A stretch of DNA of 64,000 bases, taken from assembly GCA_963780675.1 (NCBI GenBank), contig CAWACR010000003.1, positions 981,454 through 1,045,453 on the forward strand, in the 5' to 3' direction. Numbering within the stretch: position 1 is the first letter of the stretch; each line of letters opens with the position of its first letter. The translations under genes were made by a program, and so were the position numbers. This DNA is from an uncultured Actinomycetota bacterium. Lineage in GTDB: Bacteria > Actinomycetota > Actinomycetes > Actinomycetales > JAHECE01. Of this stretch, positions 19,445 through 29,360 are shown piece after piece. Under the pieces are notes generated by a model. That model had not been told where the DNA came from. It searched no databases and saw only the letters and a list, made by a program, of their open reading frames with translations.

Positions 19445-20324
19445 GGACGGCGACCAATGGAAGGGTGAAGGCGCCCGACTGGATCCCTGCCACGTCGAGA
19501 GCCACGAAACGGAAGCCGGCTGCCCGCACCACCCGGATGACCTGCTCGCGCAGGCCGGGCGAGACAGCGCGCACGAGGTCCTCGGCGGGCAGCTCGATCC
19601 GGGCGACGTCGCCGTGGTGGCGGACCCGGCAGTCCCCGAACCCCAGACCGCGCAGGGCCGACTCCGCGGCGTCGATCTGCCGCAGCTTCTCGGGCGTGAC
19701 CTCCTCGAAGTGCGGGATGCGCGAGGCCAGGCAGGGGGCGGCGGGCTTGTCGGCGCAGGGTAGGTCGAAGGCCCGGGCGACGGCCCGCACCGCCGGTTTG
19801 TCGAGGCCGGCATCGGCGAGCGGGCGGAGCACGGCGTGGTTCGTGGCAGCGCGGGACCCCGGGCGGTCGGGCCGGCGGGCGTCGTCGGCGTTCTCGCCGT
19901 AGGCGATGGCCGTCAGACCGAACCGGCCGGCGACGTCGTCGGAGATCCGCGTGAAGAGCTCGTCCTTGCAGTGGAAGCAGCGGTCGGGGCCATTGGCCCG
20001 GTAGGAGGGGTTGTCCCCCTCGTGCGTGGCGACCTCGACCAGGGGAACGCCGACATGGGCAGCGACGGCGTGCGCGGCAGCCCGCTCGTCCACGGCCAGG
20101 CTCGGCGAGACCCCGAGGACGGCGAGCGTGCGGTGGGCACCCAGCACGCGGACAGCGACGGCGAGCAGGACCGAGGAGTCGACGCCCCCGGAGAACGCCA
20201 CGCCGAGCCGGGCGGGCCGGCCGATCGCGGCGGCGACGCGCGCGATGGCGGCCTCGACGTCGACCTCGGTGCCGGTCGCCGGGGCACCGCCCGGCTGGCG
20301 GACAGGGGAATCGGGGGTGGCCAC
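19437..20324 (-). CDS. larE: ATP-dependent sacrificial sulfur transferase LarE (PP-loop ATPase)
   Basis: PP-loop [21 protein letters not shown] and the Cys-containing PCLASRIP are present. The start is taken as GTG at 20324; alternatives lie upstream as far as 20453. Confidence 0.8.
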   Translation of the reverse strand: MATPDSPVRQPGGAPATGTEVDVEAAIARVAAAIGRPARLGVAFSGGVDSSVLLAVAVRVLGAHRTLAVLGVSPSLAVDERAAAHAVAAHVGVPLVEVATHEGDNPSYRANGPDRCFHCKDELFTRISDDVAGRFGLTAIAYGENADDARRPDRPGSRAATNHAVLRPLADAGLDKPAVRAVARAFDLPCADKPAAPCLASRIPHFEEVTPEKLRQIDAAESALRGLGFGDCRVRHHGDVARIELPAEDLVRAVSPGLREQVIRVVRAAGFRFVALDVAGIQSGAFTLPLVAVRG

Positions 20325-20390
20325 GGGTCCAGCGTGCCTCGCGGGGCGGCCCTTGCCAAGACGGTTGCGCCGAGTTGCCCGGCCGTCCGC

Positions 20391-20413
20391 GCAACTTCTG
20401 GCAAACGGTTGCC
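20391..20413. promoter_or_regulatory. candidate LacI-type operator (half-site + 14-mer) between larE and tal
   Basis: GCAAC-ttct-GGCAAACGGTTGCC. The 14-mer is a near-palindrome with a central CG. The same architecture occurs at 25871, 29395, 38188 and 40253. Confidence 0.4.
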
Positions 20414-20480
20414 CAAGGTCGCGGGGCCCGCGAACCATGACCGGAGAACACACTCACCCCACCCCACGAGGAGACCTCTG

Positions 20481-21596
20481 ATGAACGAAGCCTTGCGCGC
20501 CCTCTCCGCGGAGGGAGTCGCCGTCTGGCTCGACGACCTCTCGCGCGATCGACTGACCACGGGCGGACTCGCCGCGCTCATGGCGGACAAGTCCGTTGTC
20601 GGCGTCACGACCAACCCGTCGATCTTCCAGGCCGCCATCACGGGGTCGGACCTGTACGCGGGCCAGGTGGAGGCCCTCGCCGCCCAGGGGGCCGACCCCG
20701 ACGCCGTCGTCCGCGCCCTCACCACCGACGACGTCCGCGCGGCGTGCGACCTCTTCGCACCCGTAGCGGAGGCCTCGGGCGGCGTCGACGGCCGCGTGTC
20801 CATCGAGGTCGACCCCCGGCTCGCGCACGACACCGAGGGCACCATCGCTCAGGCGCGCGAGCTGTGGGCCCAGATCGACAAGTCGAACCTGCTCGTCAAG
20901 ATCCCGGCGACCCTCGCCGGCCTCCCCGCGATCCGCACGGCCATCGCCGACGGGATCAGCGTGAACGTGACGCTCATCTTCTCCCTCGACCGCTACCGCG
21001 CCGTCATGGAGGCCTACCTCGGCGGGCTCGAGGACCGGCTCACCGCCGGCCTGCCCGTCACCGGCATCGCGTCGGTCGCGAGCTTCTTCGTCAGCCGCGT
21101 CGACACCGCGATCGACCCGCTGCTCGAGGCGATCGGAACGTCCGAGGCCCTCGACCTGCGCGGCAAGGCCGCGGTCGCCAACGCCCGCCTCGCCTACCAG
21201 GCGTACGAGGAGACCTTCAGCGGCCCCCGCTGGGCGACCCTCGCCACCGCCGGCGCCTGGCCTCAGCGGCCGCTCTGGGCGTCCACGGGCGTGAAGAACA
21301 AGGCGTACTCCGACACGCTCTACGTCACCGAGCTCGTGGCCCCGGGCACCGTGAACACGATGCCCGAGGCGACACTGCTCGCGGTGGCCGACCACGGCGT
21401 GGTCCACGGCGACACCATCCGCGGGGAGTACCCGGGCGCCGCGGCCGTCATGACCGCGCTCGCCGAGGTGGGCATTGACGTGGCCGCGGTGACCGAGAGG
21501 CTCGAGGCCGAGGGCGTCGAGAAGTTCGAGGTCGCCTGGGAGGAGCTCCTGGCCTCGGTCGAGGGCGCCATCGAGAACGTCCGCCCCAAGGTGTGA
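20481..21596 (+). CDS. tal: transaldolase (actinobacterial long type)
   Basis: ATG at 20481 lies 7 nt after [49 protein letters not shown] and ASFFVSRVD are present. Confidence 0.9.
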   Translation: MNEALRALSAEGVAVWLDDLSRDRLTTGGLAALMADKSVVGVTTNPSIFQAAITGSDLYAGQVEALAAQGADPDAVVRALTTDDVRAACDLFAPVAEASGGVDGRVSIEVDPRLAHDTEGTIAQARELWAQIDKSNLLVKIPATLAGLPAIRTAIADGISVNVTLIFSLDRYRAVMEAYLGGLEDRLTAGLPVTGIASVASFFVSRVDTAIDPLLEAIGTSEALDLRGKAAVANARLAYQAYEETFSGPRWATLATAGAWPQRPLWASTGVKNKAYSDTLYVTELVAPGTVNTMPEATLLAVADHGVVHGDTIRGEYPGAAAVMTALAEVGIDVAAVTERLEAEGVEKFEVAWEELLASVEGAIENVRPKV

Positions 21597-21631
21597 GCGG
21601 GCGACGGGTCTGACACGCACAAGTCTGAGGC

Positions 21632-21676
21632 GCACGACGAAGGCGGTGGCCCGCAGGGCCACCGCCTTCGTCGTGC
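21632..21676. terminator. bidirectional hairpin terminator between tal and the mutarotase gene
   Basis: GCACGACGAAGGCGGTGGCC - loop - GGCCACCGCCTTCGTCGTGC forms a 20-bp perfect stem between convergent genes. Confidence 0.7.
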
Positions 21677-21702
21677 GTCGGGCTCGACGTGAGCGCTGCC
21701 GG

Positions 21703-22620
21703 TCAGTCCGTGGCGGACACCGCCACCGTCGCGACCATCGCGTGGCGCGCTCCGGGTGCCAGCGTGATGGCGCCGTCGAGCACGTTGCAGGTCTCGACGC
21801 ACACCATCCGGGTCCACTCGTCGTCCCCGAAGTCGCCCATCGCGGCCGCCTTGGCGATCCATGGGTTCCAGACGACGGCGTTCGCGGAGCCCTGTGCCGT
21901 GACGGTCAGGGTGCGGGCGCCGGCCCCGTCGGCGACCGCGATCGTCCCGGGCTGGGCGTACACCCGGTCCGTCTCGGCCGTGATCGTCAGCCGCGCTCCG
22001 GTCGGCTCGAGCCACTCGGGCGAGACGAGCCTGTCGACGTACGGAGCCTGCTCGAGGCCGGTGATCGACGCCTCGCGGATGTCGCCAACGCCGAGGTAGG
22101 TGTGGAACGCCTCGGCGAACGTGATCGGTTCGGCGCCGGTGTTGGTCACCTCGAGCGCGAGCGTGAGGTTCGCGCCGACCGTGACCGTGTAGCGCGCGTC
22201 GAACCGGTGCGGCCACACCGACGCCCGCGTGGCGTCGGTGTCGGACAGGGTGAGGACCAGCACCACCTCGTCGCCCTGCTCCGTCACCTCTGCGAGGGTC
22301 CACTCCGAGATCCGGGCGAAGCCGTGCAGCGGAGCGTTGCCCGACGGGTGCGGCCCGAACCACGGGAAGCACACCGGGACCCCGCCGCGGAGGGGCGTGC
22401 CGGGCGCGAACGCGCTCTTCTCGCTCATCCAGATCACGTCGGCCTGCCCGGCGGGCGCCCAGGCCGTGACGTGCGCCCCCTGCAGATAGACCTCGGCGGT
22501 GGCGGCCGCAGTCGACACGACGACGCGGGGCAGGCCGCCCCTGCCGGCCTCGGCTCGCACCGAGGCCGGCAGTGCAGTCCCGACCGGCAGTGCAGTCCCG
22601 ATCGGTGGGAGCTCGGTCAC
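21703..22620 (-). CDS. D-hexose-6-phosphate mutarotase (aldose 1-epimerase family, YeaD-like)
   Basis: [27 protein letters not shown]-like [16 protein letters not shown] and VVWNPW are present. The GTG start at 22620 is tentative. It contains an exact in-frame 18-nt tandem duplication (22566-22601). Confidence 0.75.
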   Translation of the reverse strand: MTELPPIGTALPVGTALPASVRAEAGRGGLPRVVVSTAAATAEVYLQGAHVTAWAPAGQADVIWMSEKSAFAPGTPLRGGVPVCFPWFGPHPSGNAPLHGFARISEWTLAEVTEQGDEVVLVLTLSDTDATRASVWPHRFDARYTVTVGANLTLALEVTNTGAEPITFAEAFHTYLGVGDIREASITGLEQAPYVDRLVSPEWLEPTGARLTITAETDRVYAQPGTIAVADGAGARTLTVTAQGSANAVVWNPWIAKAAAMGDFGDDEWTRMVCVETCNVLDGAITLAPGARHAMVATVAVSATD

Positions 22621-22621
22621 C

Positions 22622-24104
22622 TCATGCCTCGATCTCGGTGCGGTCGCCCGACCACAGGGTGTGGAAGGTGCCGTCCTTGTCGATGCGCTTGTAGGTGTGG
22701 GCGCCGAAGAAGTCGCGCTGGCCCTGGACGAGGGCGGCGGGCAGGCGCTCGGCGCGCAGCCCGTCGTAGTACGACAGCGACGAGGCGAACGCCGGGCGTC
22801 GGGATGCCGTGCAGCGCGGCCTGGGACACGACGCGGCGCCACGCGCGACGCGCCGTCTCCATGACGTCGCGGAAGTACGGGTCGGCCAGCGAGGAGCGAC
22901 GAGGTCCGCCTGGCGCTCGTACGCCTCGGTGATGCGGTTGAGGAAGCACGCGCGGATGATGCAGCCGCCGCGCCAGATCCGGGCGATCGCCCCGCGGTCG
23001 ATGTCCCAGCCGTACTCCGCGCTCGCGCGGCGATCTGCGTCGAAGCCCTGCGAGTACGCGACGATCTTCGAGGCGTAGAGCGCCAGGCGCACGTCCTCGA
23101 TGAACGCGGCCCGGTCGGTGACCTGCCAGGAACCGGCCGGGCCGGGCAGGACGCCGCGGGCGGCCTCGCGCTGCGGGCTCCGGCTGGACAGCGCGCGGGC
23201 GAAGACGGCCTCGGCGATGCCCGAGACCGGGACGCCGAGGTCGAGCGCGGTCTGCACGGTCCAGCGCCCGGTGCCCTTCTGGCCGGCCTGGTCGACGATG
23301 ACGTCGACGAGCGGCTTGCCGGTCTCGGCGTCGACCTGCGCCAGCACCTCGGCGGTGATCTCGATGAGGTAGGACTCGAGGTCGCCGTCGTTCCACTCGG
23401 CGAAGATCTCGCGCGATCTCGGCGGGCGTCTCGCCCGTGCCCTGCCGGAGGAGGTCGTACGCCTCGGCGATGAGCTGCATGTCGGCGTACTCGATGCCGT
23501 TGTGCACCATCTTGACGAAGTGGCCGGCGCCGTCGGGGCCGACGTGGGTGCAGCACGGCTCGCCGTCGACGACGGCGGCGATCGACTCGAGGATCGGGCC
23601 GAGGGCGGCGTAGGACTCGTCCGAGCCGCCGGGCATGATCGACGGGCCCTTGAGCGCGCCCTCCTCGCCGCCGGAGATGCCGGCGCCGACGAAGTGGAGC
23701 CCGGTCTCGCGGAGCGCGGCCTCGCGGCGGATGGTGTCGGTGAAGAGCGCGTTGCCGCCGTCGACGATGATGTCGCCCGGCTCGAAGAGCGGGACGAGCT
23801 CGTCGATGACGGCGTCGGTGGCCGCGCCGGCCTGGACCATGATGATGATCCGTGCGGGGCCGTTCGAGGGTGGCGACGAACTCCTCGAGCCTCGTCGCGG
23901 GGACGAAGCGAGCCCTCGGCGCCGTGCTCAGCCATCGATGGCGGTCGTCCGGCCGGGGCTGCGGTTGTAGACGGCGACGGTGTTGCCCTCGCGGCTGGCG
24001 AGGTTGCGGGCGAGGTTGCTGCCCATCACCGCGAGGCCGACGACGCCGACCTGCGCGGTCGCGACGGTGCTGTCGCTGGGGGTGGGGATGGTGTCGGTGG
24101 TCAT
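22622..24104 (-). pseudogene. gnd: 6-phosphogluconate dehydrogenase (decarboxylating), frame broken about 6 times
   Basis: ATG at 24104 (MTTDTIPTPSDSTVATAQVGVVGLAVMGSNLARNLASREGNTVAVYNRS). Later pieces are in other frames: [51 protein letters not shown]...[16 protein letters not shown]...[41 protein letters not shown]...KGTGRWT...[20 protein letters not shown], and [33 protein letters not shown]. The frame changes lie between ~22790 and ~23935. Confidence 0.85.
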
Positions 24105-24171
24105 TCCAAGTCACTCTTCCTGGTGCGGGAGCGGGCGGGTGGGGAGGGGTCAGGGGCCGGTGGCGGGGTCA

Positions 24172-24207
24172 TGATGCCCCGTGGTCCAGCAGGACCACGG
24201 GGCATCA
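24172..24207 (-). terminator. hairpin terminator downstream of the GPH transporter gene
   Basis: TGATGCCCCGTGGTCC-agca-GGACCACGGGGCATCA forms a 16-bp stem. Confidence 0.65.
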
Positions 24208-24241
24208 CATCGGGTCTCCGCCGGTCGTGGTCAGGACGTGG

Positions 24242-25693
24242 TCACGCCTTGGCGAGCGGCTCGACGGACGAGGTGGCCTCGCGCTCGGCGCGCCGCGCGG
24301 AGATCTCGCCGACGATGTCCTTGAACACCTTCTCCGTCAGCGGGTAGAAGGCCATGATCAGCAGAGAGATGAGGATGAAGCCGCCGGTCAGCGCGCCGGC
24401 CGCCAGCTGGATGCCCTCGATGGTGCCCGTGGACTGAGCCGTGCCGTCCTTGGCTGCCTGCGAGTTGAAGGCGACCCAACCGAGCGCGTACGCCCCGAAG
24501 GCACCGCCGAGGGCCTGCCCCATCTTGCGGGTGAAGGAGAACAGCGCGTAGGTGGTGCCCTCGGTGCGGATACCGGTCTTCCACTCGCCATACTCCACGG
24601 TGTCACCCTCGAGAGCCCACATGAGGGTGTTGACGCCGCCCATCCCGATGCCCAGGACGAAGAAGCCGAGCACCGCGACCATCGGGGTCTCCCGGGGGGC
24701 CAAGGCGAGGAGTGCACCGGCGAAGACGCCGACGATGCCCAGCGAGATGTAGCCGTTCTTCTTGCCGAACTTGCGGACGATCAGGGGGATGAAGGCCGCG
24801 ACGAGGAAGGTGCCGACCGCCTGGGCGACGGCGTTCCAGGCGATGAACTGGGGGTCGTTGAGGACGTAGATCGCGTAGTAGGGGGCCATCGTCCCGAGGG
24901 CGGTGAGGCCGGTGAGGAACATGAGGCTGCCGACGCACAGCCACAGCAGCGGCTTGTTGTGGGTCAGGGTGCCGAAGCTCTCCTTGAGGCTCGGCGCGGC
25001 GACGTCGCGGTGGACCCGCTCCTTCACGGTTGCCACCGTGTAGAGGTACAGGGCCATGCCGACGACGACGAAGATCGCCGTGGTGATGAAGAGGGACCGC
25101 TGGAGGCCGGTCGGGTCACCCACGAACTTCTTGATCTGCGGCGCCACCACGAAGGACAGCATGAGGATCGTGATGTTCGAGCCGTACACGCGCCACGTGG
25201 CGAGCTTGGCCCGCTCGGTCGGGACCTGTGTCATCGCCGGGGCGATCGAGCCGTAGGGGATGTTGACGAGGCTGTAGAGCGTGCCCATCACGGCGTAGGT
25301 GATGTACGCGTAGATCAGGCCCTGCGTCGCGCTCATGCCCGGGAAGAACGTGTTGGCCGAGAAGATCGCCATGCTCGAGACGAGCAGCGGCAGCGAGAAG
25401 TAGAGGATGAACGGCCGGAACTTGCCCAGCTTGCCCGGCCGCTTGCCGTCGACGGCCCGGCCGACGGCAAGGTCGGCGAGGGCGTCCCAGAACCGGATGA
25501 GCAGGAACATCGTGCCGAGCGGGGCGGCTTCGAGGCCGACGACGTTCGTGTAGTAGAGGAGGAGGAACGAACCCGCCATGGAGAAGGCCAGGTTGTTGGC
25601 GGCGTCGCCGGCGGCATAGCCGGAGTACTGCTTGAAGCCCAGTTTCGTGGGCGTGGTCGCCTTGGTGGGTCCTGGTCTGGTCAGGACTGACAT
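24242..25693 (-). CDS. glycoside-pentoside-hexuronide (GPH):cation symporter family transporter
   Basis: ATG at 25693 follows AGGAGA (MSVLTRPGPTKATTPTKLGFKQYSGYAAGDAANNLAF...). It has 12-TM topology and the GPH-typical RFWDALADLAVG and GKFRPFIL motifs. Confidence 0.8.
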   Translation of the reverse strand: MSVLTRPGPTKATTPTKLGFKQYSGYAAGDAANNLAFSMAGSFLLLYYTNVVGLEAAPLGTMFLLIRFWDALADLAVGRAVDGKRPGKLGKFRPFILYFSLPLLVSSMAIFSANTFFPGMSATQGLIYAYITYAVMGTLYSLVNIPYGSIAPAMTQVPTERAKLATWRVYGSNITILMLSFVVAPQIKKFVGDPTGLQRSLFITTAIFVVVGMALYLYTVATVKERVHRDVAAPSLKESFGTLTHNKPLLWLCVGSLMFLTGLTALGTMAPYYAIYVLNDPQFIAWNAVAQAVGTFLVAAFIPLIVRKFGKKNGYISLGIVGVFAGALLALAPRETPMVAVLGFFVLGIGMGGVNTLMWALEGDTVEYGEWKTGIRTEGTTYALFSFTRKMGQALGGAFGAYALGWVAFNSQAAKDGTAQSTGTIEGIQLAAGALTGGFILISLLIMAFYPLTEKVFKDIVGEISARRAEREATSSVEPLAKA

Positions 25694-25780
25694 GAGTGGA
25701 TCTCCTGTAGGTGTCAGGCTCTGGGCCTGGTGGACGGGTGGTGTTCGTGCGCCCATTGAGTCAGGGGCCTGGCTCGAGCG

Positions 25781-25803
25781 GCTATCGGTTGCTCTTTGTT
25801 GTC
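25781..25803. promoter_or_regulatory. candidate LacI-type operator (reverse orientation) in the GPH / lacI-1 divergent region
   Basis: The plus strand reads GCTATCGGTTGC-tcttt-GTTGTC. The reverse complement reads GACAAC-aaaga-GCAACCGATAGC. Confidence 0.35.
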
Positions 25804-25870
25804 CGCCGGTGCGGCTGGCTGGGTGCGACCACACGGTTGGGCCGCGGTGACGCTCTATTCCCCCAGCCGG

Positions 25871-25905
25871 GACAACCCCGTGACAATCGGTTGCCGTGTG
25901 TTGTC
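25871..25905. promoter_or_regulatory. candidate LacI-type operator flanked by half-sites in the GPH / lacI-1 divergent region
   Basis: GACAAC-cccgt-GACAATCGGTTGCC-gtgt-GTTGTC. The core has a central CG, and the outer half-sites are inverted. Confidence 0.45.
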
Positions 25906-25926
25906 CGACCGTCCTAGCCTGGACGC

Positions 25927-26973
25927 GTGACGGACGACGGCACGAGGCGGCCGGCCCCGACCATCTACGACGTCGCCCGGGTGGCGGGTGTGGCCCCGTC
26001 GACGGTGTCGCGCGCCTTCTCGCGACCGGGGCGCGTCAACTCGGAGACTGCGGCCCGGATCCGAGCAGTGGCGGAGGAGCTGGGGTACCGGGCGAACCCC
26101 GTGGCCCGCGCGCTGTCGACTTCCCGCACCCAGATGGTCGCGGTGATGATCTCCGACGTCACGAATCCCTTCTACGCACCCCTGATCCGGGGCGCCCAGT
26201 CCGCCGCGGCGGAGGCCGGCTTCGTCGTGCTCCTCGAGGACGCGCAGGAGTCCGGCCAGATCGAGCGCCAAGCCCTGGAGCGTGTGCTGCCCGTCGTCGA
26301 GGGGATCGTCATCGGAAGCTCCCGGGTGTCGGACACGGCGCTGCGGATGATCGCCAAGCAGAAGCCGATGGTCGTGCTGAACCGCGAGGTCTCGGGCATC
26401 CCCAGCGTCGTCACGGACAACCCCCGGGGGATGCGGCGGGCCGCCGAGCACCTCGGGGAGCTCGGGCACGTCGGCATCACCTACGTGGCCGGTCCCGAGG
26501 CCTCGTGGGCCGACGGCGTGCGCTGGCGGGCACTCCGCGAGGCCGGGCACGAACTCGAGCTGACCGTCCGCCGGGTCGGCCCGTTCATCCCGACCGTAGC
26601 GGGCGGCCTCAAGGCCGCAGACCAGTTGGTCGAGGGCCGGCCTCCCACCGCCGTCATCGCCTACAACGACCTCATGGCCATCGGCGTCATCCGAGGGCTC
26701 GAGCGAGCCGGGCTGCACGTGCCGCGCGACGTGAGCGTGGTCGGCTTCGACGACATCCTCGGGGCCCAGCTCGTGACGCCGGCCCTGACCACCGTCGCGG
26801 CTCCCCTCCACACGATGGGCGTGATGGCCGTCCGCAACCTCCTGGCCATCGTCAAGGGCGCCCGCGCCCAGACCGGCCACGCCTTCGTCCTGCCCACCCG
26901 GCTGATGGTCCGGGACTCGACCGCGCGGCGCAGGACCGGGCCGGATCGCCCGGCCGACCCGCCGACCCCCTGA
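25927..26973 (+). CDS. LacI-family transcriptional regulator (paralog 1)
   Basis: N-terminal HTH (PTIYDVARVAGVAPSTVSRAFSRPGRV) followed by a periplasmic-binding-protein-like sugar-binding core. GTG start at 25927. Confidence 0.85.
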   Translation: MTDDGTRRPAPTIYDVARVAGVAPSTVSRAFSRPGRVNSETAARIRAVAEELGYRANPVARALSTSRTQMVAVMISDVTNPFYAPLIRGAQSAAAEAGFVVLLEDAQESGQIERQALERVLPVVEGIVIGSSRVSDTALRMIAKQKPMVVLNREVSGIPSVVTDNPRGMRRAAEHLGELGHVGITYVAGPEASWADGVRWRALREAGHELELTVRRVGPFIPTVAGGLKAADQLVEGRPPTAVIAYNDLMAIGVIRGLERAGLHVPRDVSVVGFDDILGAQLVTPALTTVAAPLHTMGVMAVRNLLAIVKGARAQTGHAFVLPTRLMVRDSTARRRTGPDRPADPPTP

Positions 26974-27072
26974 ACGCACTCGGCTCGCGCGAGCCCGATC
27001 CGACGGTCCTGGGTCAGACGGTCCTGGGACAGCCGGAGGGAGCGCGCGTACGGTGACCGTGGGAGGTGTCCC

Positions 27073-28128
27073 TTGACAGGTCCGTCCGTCCCGACGATCT
27101 ACGACGTCGCGAAGCTAGCCGGCGTCTCGGCGTCGACGGTCTCCCGTGCGTACTCGCGTCCGGGCCGGGTCGCCCCGGGGACGTCCGAACGGATCCTGGG
27201 CTCCGCCGCGAGACTCGGCTATCGCGCCCACGTCGTCGAGGCGGCGCCGTCCGGGAACGCCGACGTCGTGGCCTTGATCGTCCCCGATTGCGCGAGCCGC
27301 TTCGATGCAGAACTGGTGCACTGGATGGGCACCTACGCCGCGCGGGCCGGCCACTCGGTGGCAGTGGTCCTCGTCGGAACCGAGGACTCCCGGCTGGGTG
27401 AACGTCCATCCATCGAGAGGGTGCTCCCCGCCGTCGGCGGGGTCGTGATCTCCGGGCCTCGCATGCCCGACTCGACCATCCGCGTGATCGCGAAGCAGCG
27501 GCCGACGGTGGTGCTGAACCGGGTGGTCGCCGACGTCCCCAGCGTGGTCCGCGACACCCTGCACGGCATGCGCCTGGCGGTCGAGCACTTGGCGACGCTC
27601 GGCCATCACGACGTGACCTACGTCGCGGGCCCCGCGGACTCGTGGGCGGACGGGGTCCGCTGGCGCTCGATCCGGGAGGCGTCGCTTGACCTCGGGGTGC
27701 ACGCGCGCCGGATCGGCCCCTGTCCGGCGGACATCGCGTCTGGGGTGCGGGCGGCCGACGAGCTGCTCGCCCAGCGCGACTCGGCGGCCATCGCCTTCAA
27801 CGACGTCCTCGCCCTCGGCGTCATCCGTGGCCTTGCTGCCCGTGGACGTCGCGTCCCGGCCGACGTGAGCGTCGTCGGCGTCGACGACATCGAGTTCGCC
27901 TCGCTCGTGACCCCCTCGCTGACCACGGTCAGCCTCTCCAAGCAGGTGATGTGCGCCCTTGCCACGGCGACCCTCGACAGGCTCATGCGAGGCGAGACAC
28001 CCGGGCCGGACGACCGCGTCCAAGTGGTGCCCGCCCGGCTCGTCGTCCGCGACTCGACCGCTCAGCGCAGGCGGAAGAGCACCTCTCCGGCGTTGGGCAC
28101 GACCAGGGTCTCCGGATCGGACTCGTAG
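27073..28128 (+). CDS. LacI-family transcriptional regulator (paralog 2)
   Basis: TTG at 27073 follows GGGAGG. The HTH is PTIYDVAKLAGVSASTVSRAYSRPGRV. It aligns with paralog 1 along its whole length. The 3' tail overlaps the convergent LarA-like gene by 67 nt. Confidence 0.8.
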   Translation: MTGPSVPTIYDVAKLAGVSASTVSRAYSRPGRVAPGTSERILGSAARLGYRAHVVEAAPSGNADVVALIVPDCASRFDAELVHWMGTYAARAGHSVAVVLVGTEDSRLGERPSIERVLPAVGGVVISGPRMPDSTIRVIAKQRPTVVLNRVVADVPSVVRDTLHGMRLAVEHLATLGHHDVTYVAGPADSWADGVRWRSIREASLDLGVHARRIGPCPADIASGVRAADELLAQRDSAAIAFNDVLALGVIRGLAARGRRVPADVSVVGVDDIEFASLVTPSLTTVSLSKQVMCALATATLDRLMRGETPGPDDRVQVVPARLVVRDSTAQRRRKSTSPALGTTRVSGSDS

Positions 28129-29351
28129 GCCGCCAGGTCGAAGTCCTGGGGGGCGATGTAGCCGAGGTTCGCCTTGCGCACCTTCTCCTCGGGGATCGTC
28201 GTGACGAGCGTGACGTCCACGCGGCACTTCTCGCCCTCGACCTCGTCGTACGTCCCGGCACCGCGCAGGTGCGTGCTGTGCGCGAGGACGCCCCAGTGCA
28301 CGTCCTTGAACCGGTCCCACTGCTTCACGAAGTAGTCCCGGCAGTGGTAGCCGATCTCGTAGATCTCGTGGTGGGTGAACGAGATCTCGGAGATGTGCGG
28401 GGCATAGATGATGACCTCGCCGCCGTCCGCGACGACGGGCTCGAGCTTGTAGAAGCCCTTGGCCGCCGTCCAGATCTCCGGGTACTTCTCGGGGATGATC
28501 GAGACGACGCGCTTCACCGGGGCATCCAGGTACCGGACGTGCGTCTCGGCGGTGACCTCGGCCGCGGACGCCCACGCGGTCTCTGTGGTACCGAACGTCA
28601 CGGCGTGCAGGGAGTACGAGCCGGCCTGCGGCACGATGCACAGCGCGAGCTTCTCGCTCGGGATGAGGTTCGACGCCTCGTTGATGAGGGCACGCACGGG
28701 CGTGATCCCGCGGGTGCCGATGATCTGAGCACTCGTGATCAGGGCGCCGACCCAGTGGGTGAGATCGATGATGTCCTGACCGGCGACACCCGGGAAGAAG
28801 TACTTGTTGCCGCCCGACATGCCCACCACCTCGTGCGGGAGGACCGGGCCGATGACCAGGGCGACGTCGTTCTCGACGACGGCGCGGTTGAGGTCCACCT
28901 TCGCCGGGACGTCGAGCCGTCCCTCGGTCAGCTCCTTCACCCGCTCGGCGCTGATCGTGCCCAGCGAGGCGAACGTCTCCGGCTCCCACCACTCGTGCTG
29001 GATGACGTTCAGGCCCGGGTACGTGGCCTCCAACCCGTGCTCCTCGTACCCCATCCAGTGAGCGAGCTCCGTCTCGCTCATCGCGGCGTGGGTCCCCAGG
29101 GCGATGAGGGCTGTGAGGGCGCTCACCCGGCCGACGAGGGCTTCGTGCACGCAGGAGAGGAGCATCGGCAAGGGGCTGCTGCGGGTGGCGTCCGGGAGGA
29201 CGAGGCACACGCTCTTGCCGTCGAGGTCGGCACCGCCGAGGGACTCGAGGATGAAGGCGCGCACCTCCTCGGTGGTGAGAACCCGGTCCGGTCCGCCGAT
29301 CCGGGAAGCGTCACGGGCCAGCGCGGAGACGTCGTCGAGAGTCGCGGTCAT
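28062..29351 (-). CDS. LarA-family nickel-pincer-dependent 2-hydroxyacid racemase/epimerase homolog (DUF2088)
   Basis: ATG at 29351 (MTATLDDVSALARD...). LVLPDATRS is present. PHEVVGMSGGNKYFFPG matches the LarA H..G.SGG.K..PG segment that carries the cofactor-tethering Lys. LAHSTHLRG is also present. Substrate is unknown. Confidence 0.75.
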   Translation of the reverse strand: MTATLDDVSALARDASRIGGPDRVLTTEEVRAFILESLGGADLDGKSVCLVLPDATRSSPLPMLLSCVHEALVGRVSALTALIALGTHAAMSETELAHWMGYEEHGLEATYPGLNVIQHEWWEPETFASLGTISAERVKELTEGRLDVPAKVDLNRAVVENDVALVIGPVLPHEVVGMSGGNKYFFPGVAGQDIIDLTHWVGALITSAQIIGTRGITPVRALINEASNLIPSEKLALCIVPQAGSYSLHAVTFGTTETAWASAAEVTAETHVRYLDAPVKRVVSIIPEKYPEIWTAAKGFYKLEPVVADGGEVIIYAPHISEISFTHHEIYEIGYHCRDYFVKQWDRFKDVHWGVLAHSTHLRGAGTYDEVEGEKCRVDVTLVTTIPEEKVRKANLGYIAPQDFDLAAYESDPETLVVPNAGEVLFRLR

Positions 29352-29360
29352 AACCCCACC

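Noticed and set aside
21703-24114. 803-aa ORF spanning the mutarotase gene and gnd.
   Set aside because: Only the C-terminal 305 aa (mutarotase) are real in this frame. The upstream part is an open alternative frame across the frameshifted gnd.
27115-29208. 697-aa ORF on the minus strand. Similar very long ORFs include 284..1750(+), 15689..17275(+), 32267..35038(-), 39507..41519(-), 41335..42927(-), 44268..45869(-), 52704..54833(-) upstream part, 57187..59559(-) and 60560..61819(-).
   Set aside because: They lie antisense or out of frame to genes with clear family motifs. They are Arg/Gly/Pro/Asp-rich with no recognisable domains. Stop-poor alternative frames are expected in DNA this G+C-rich.
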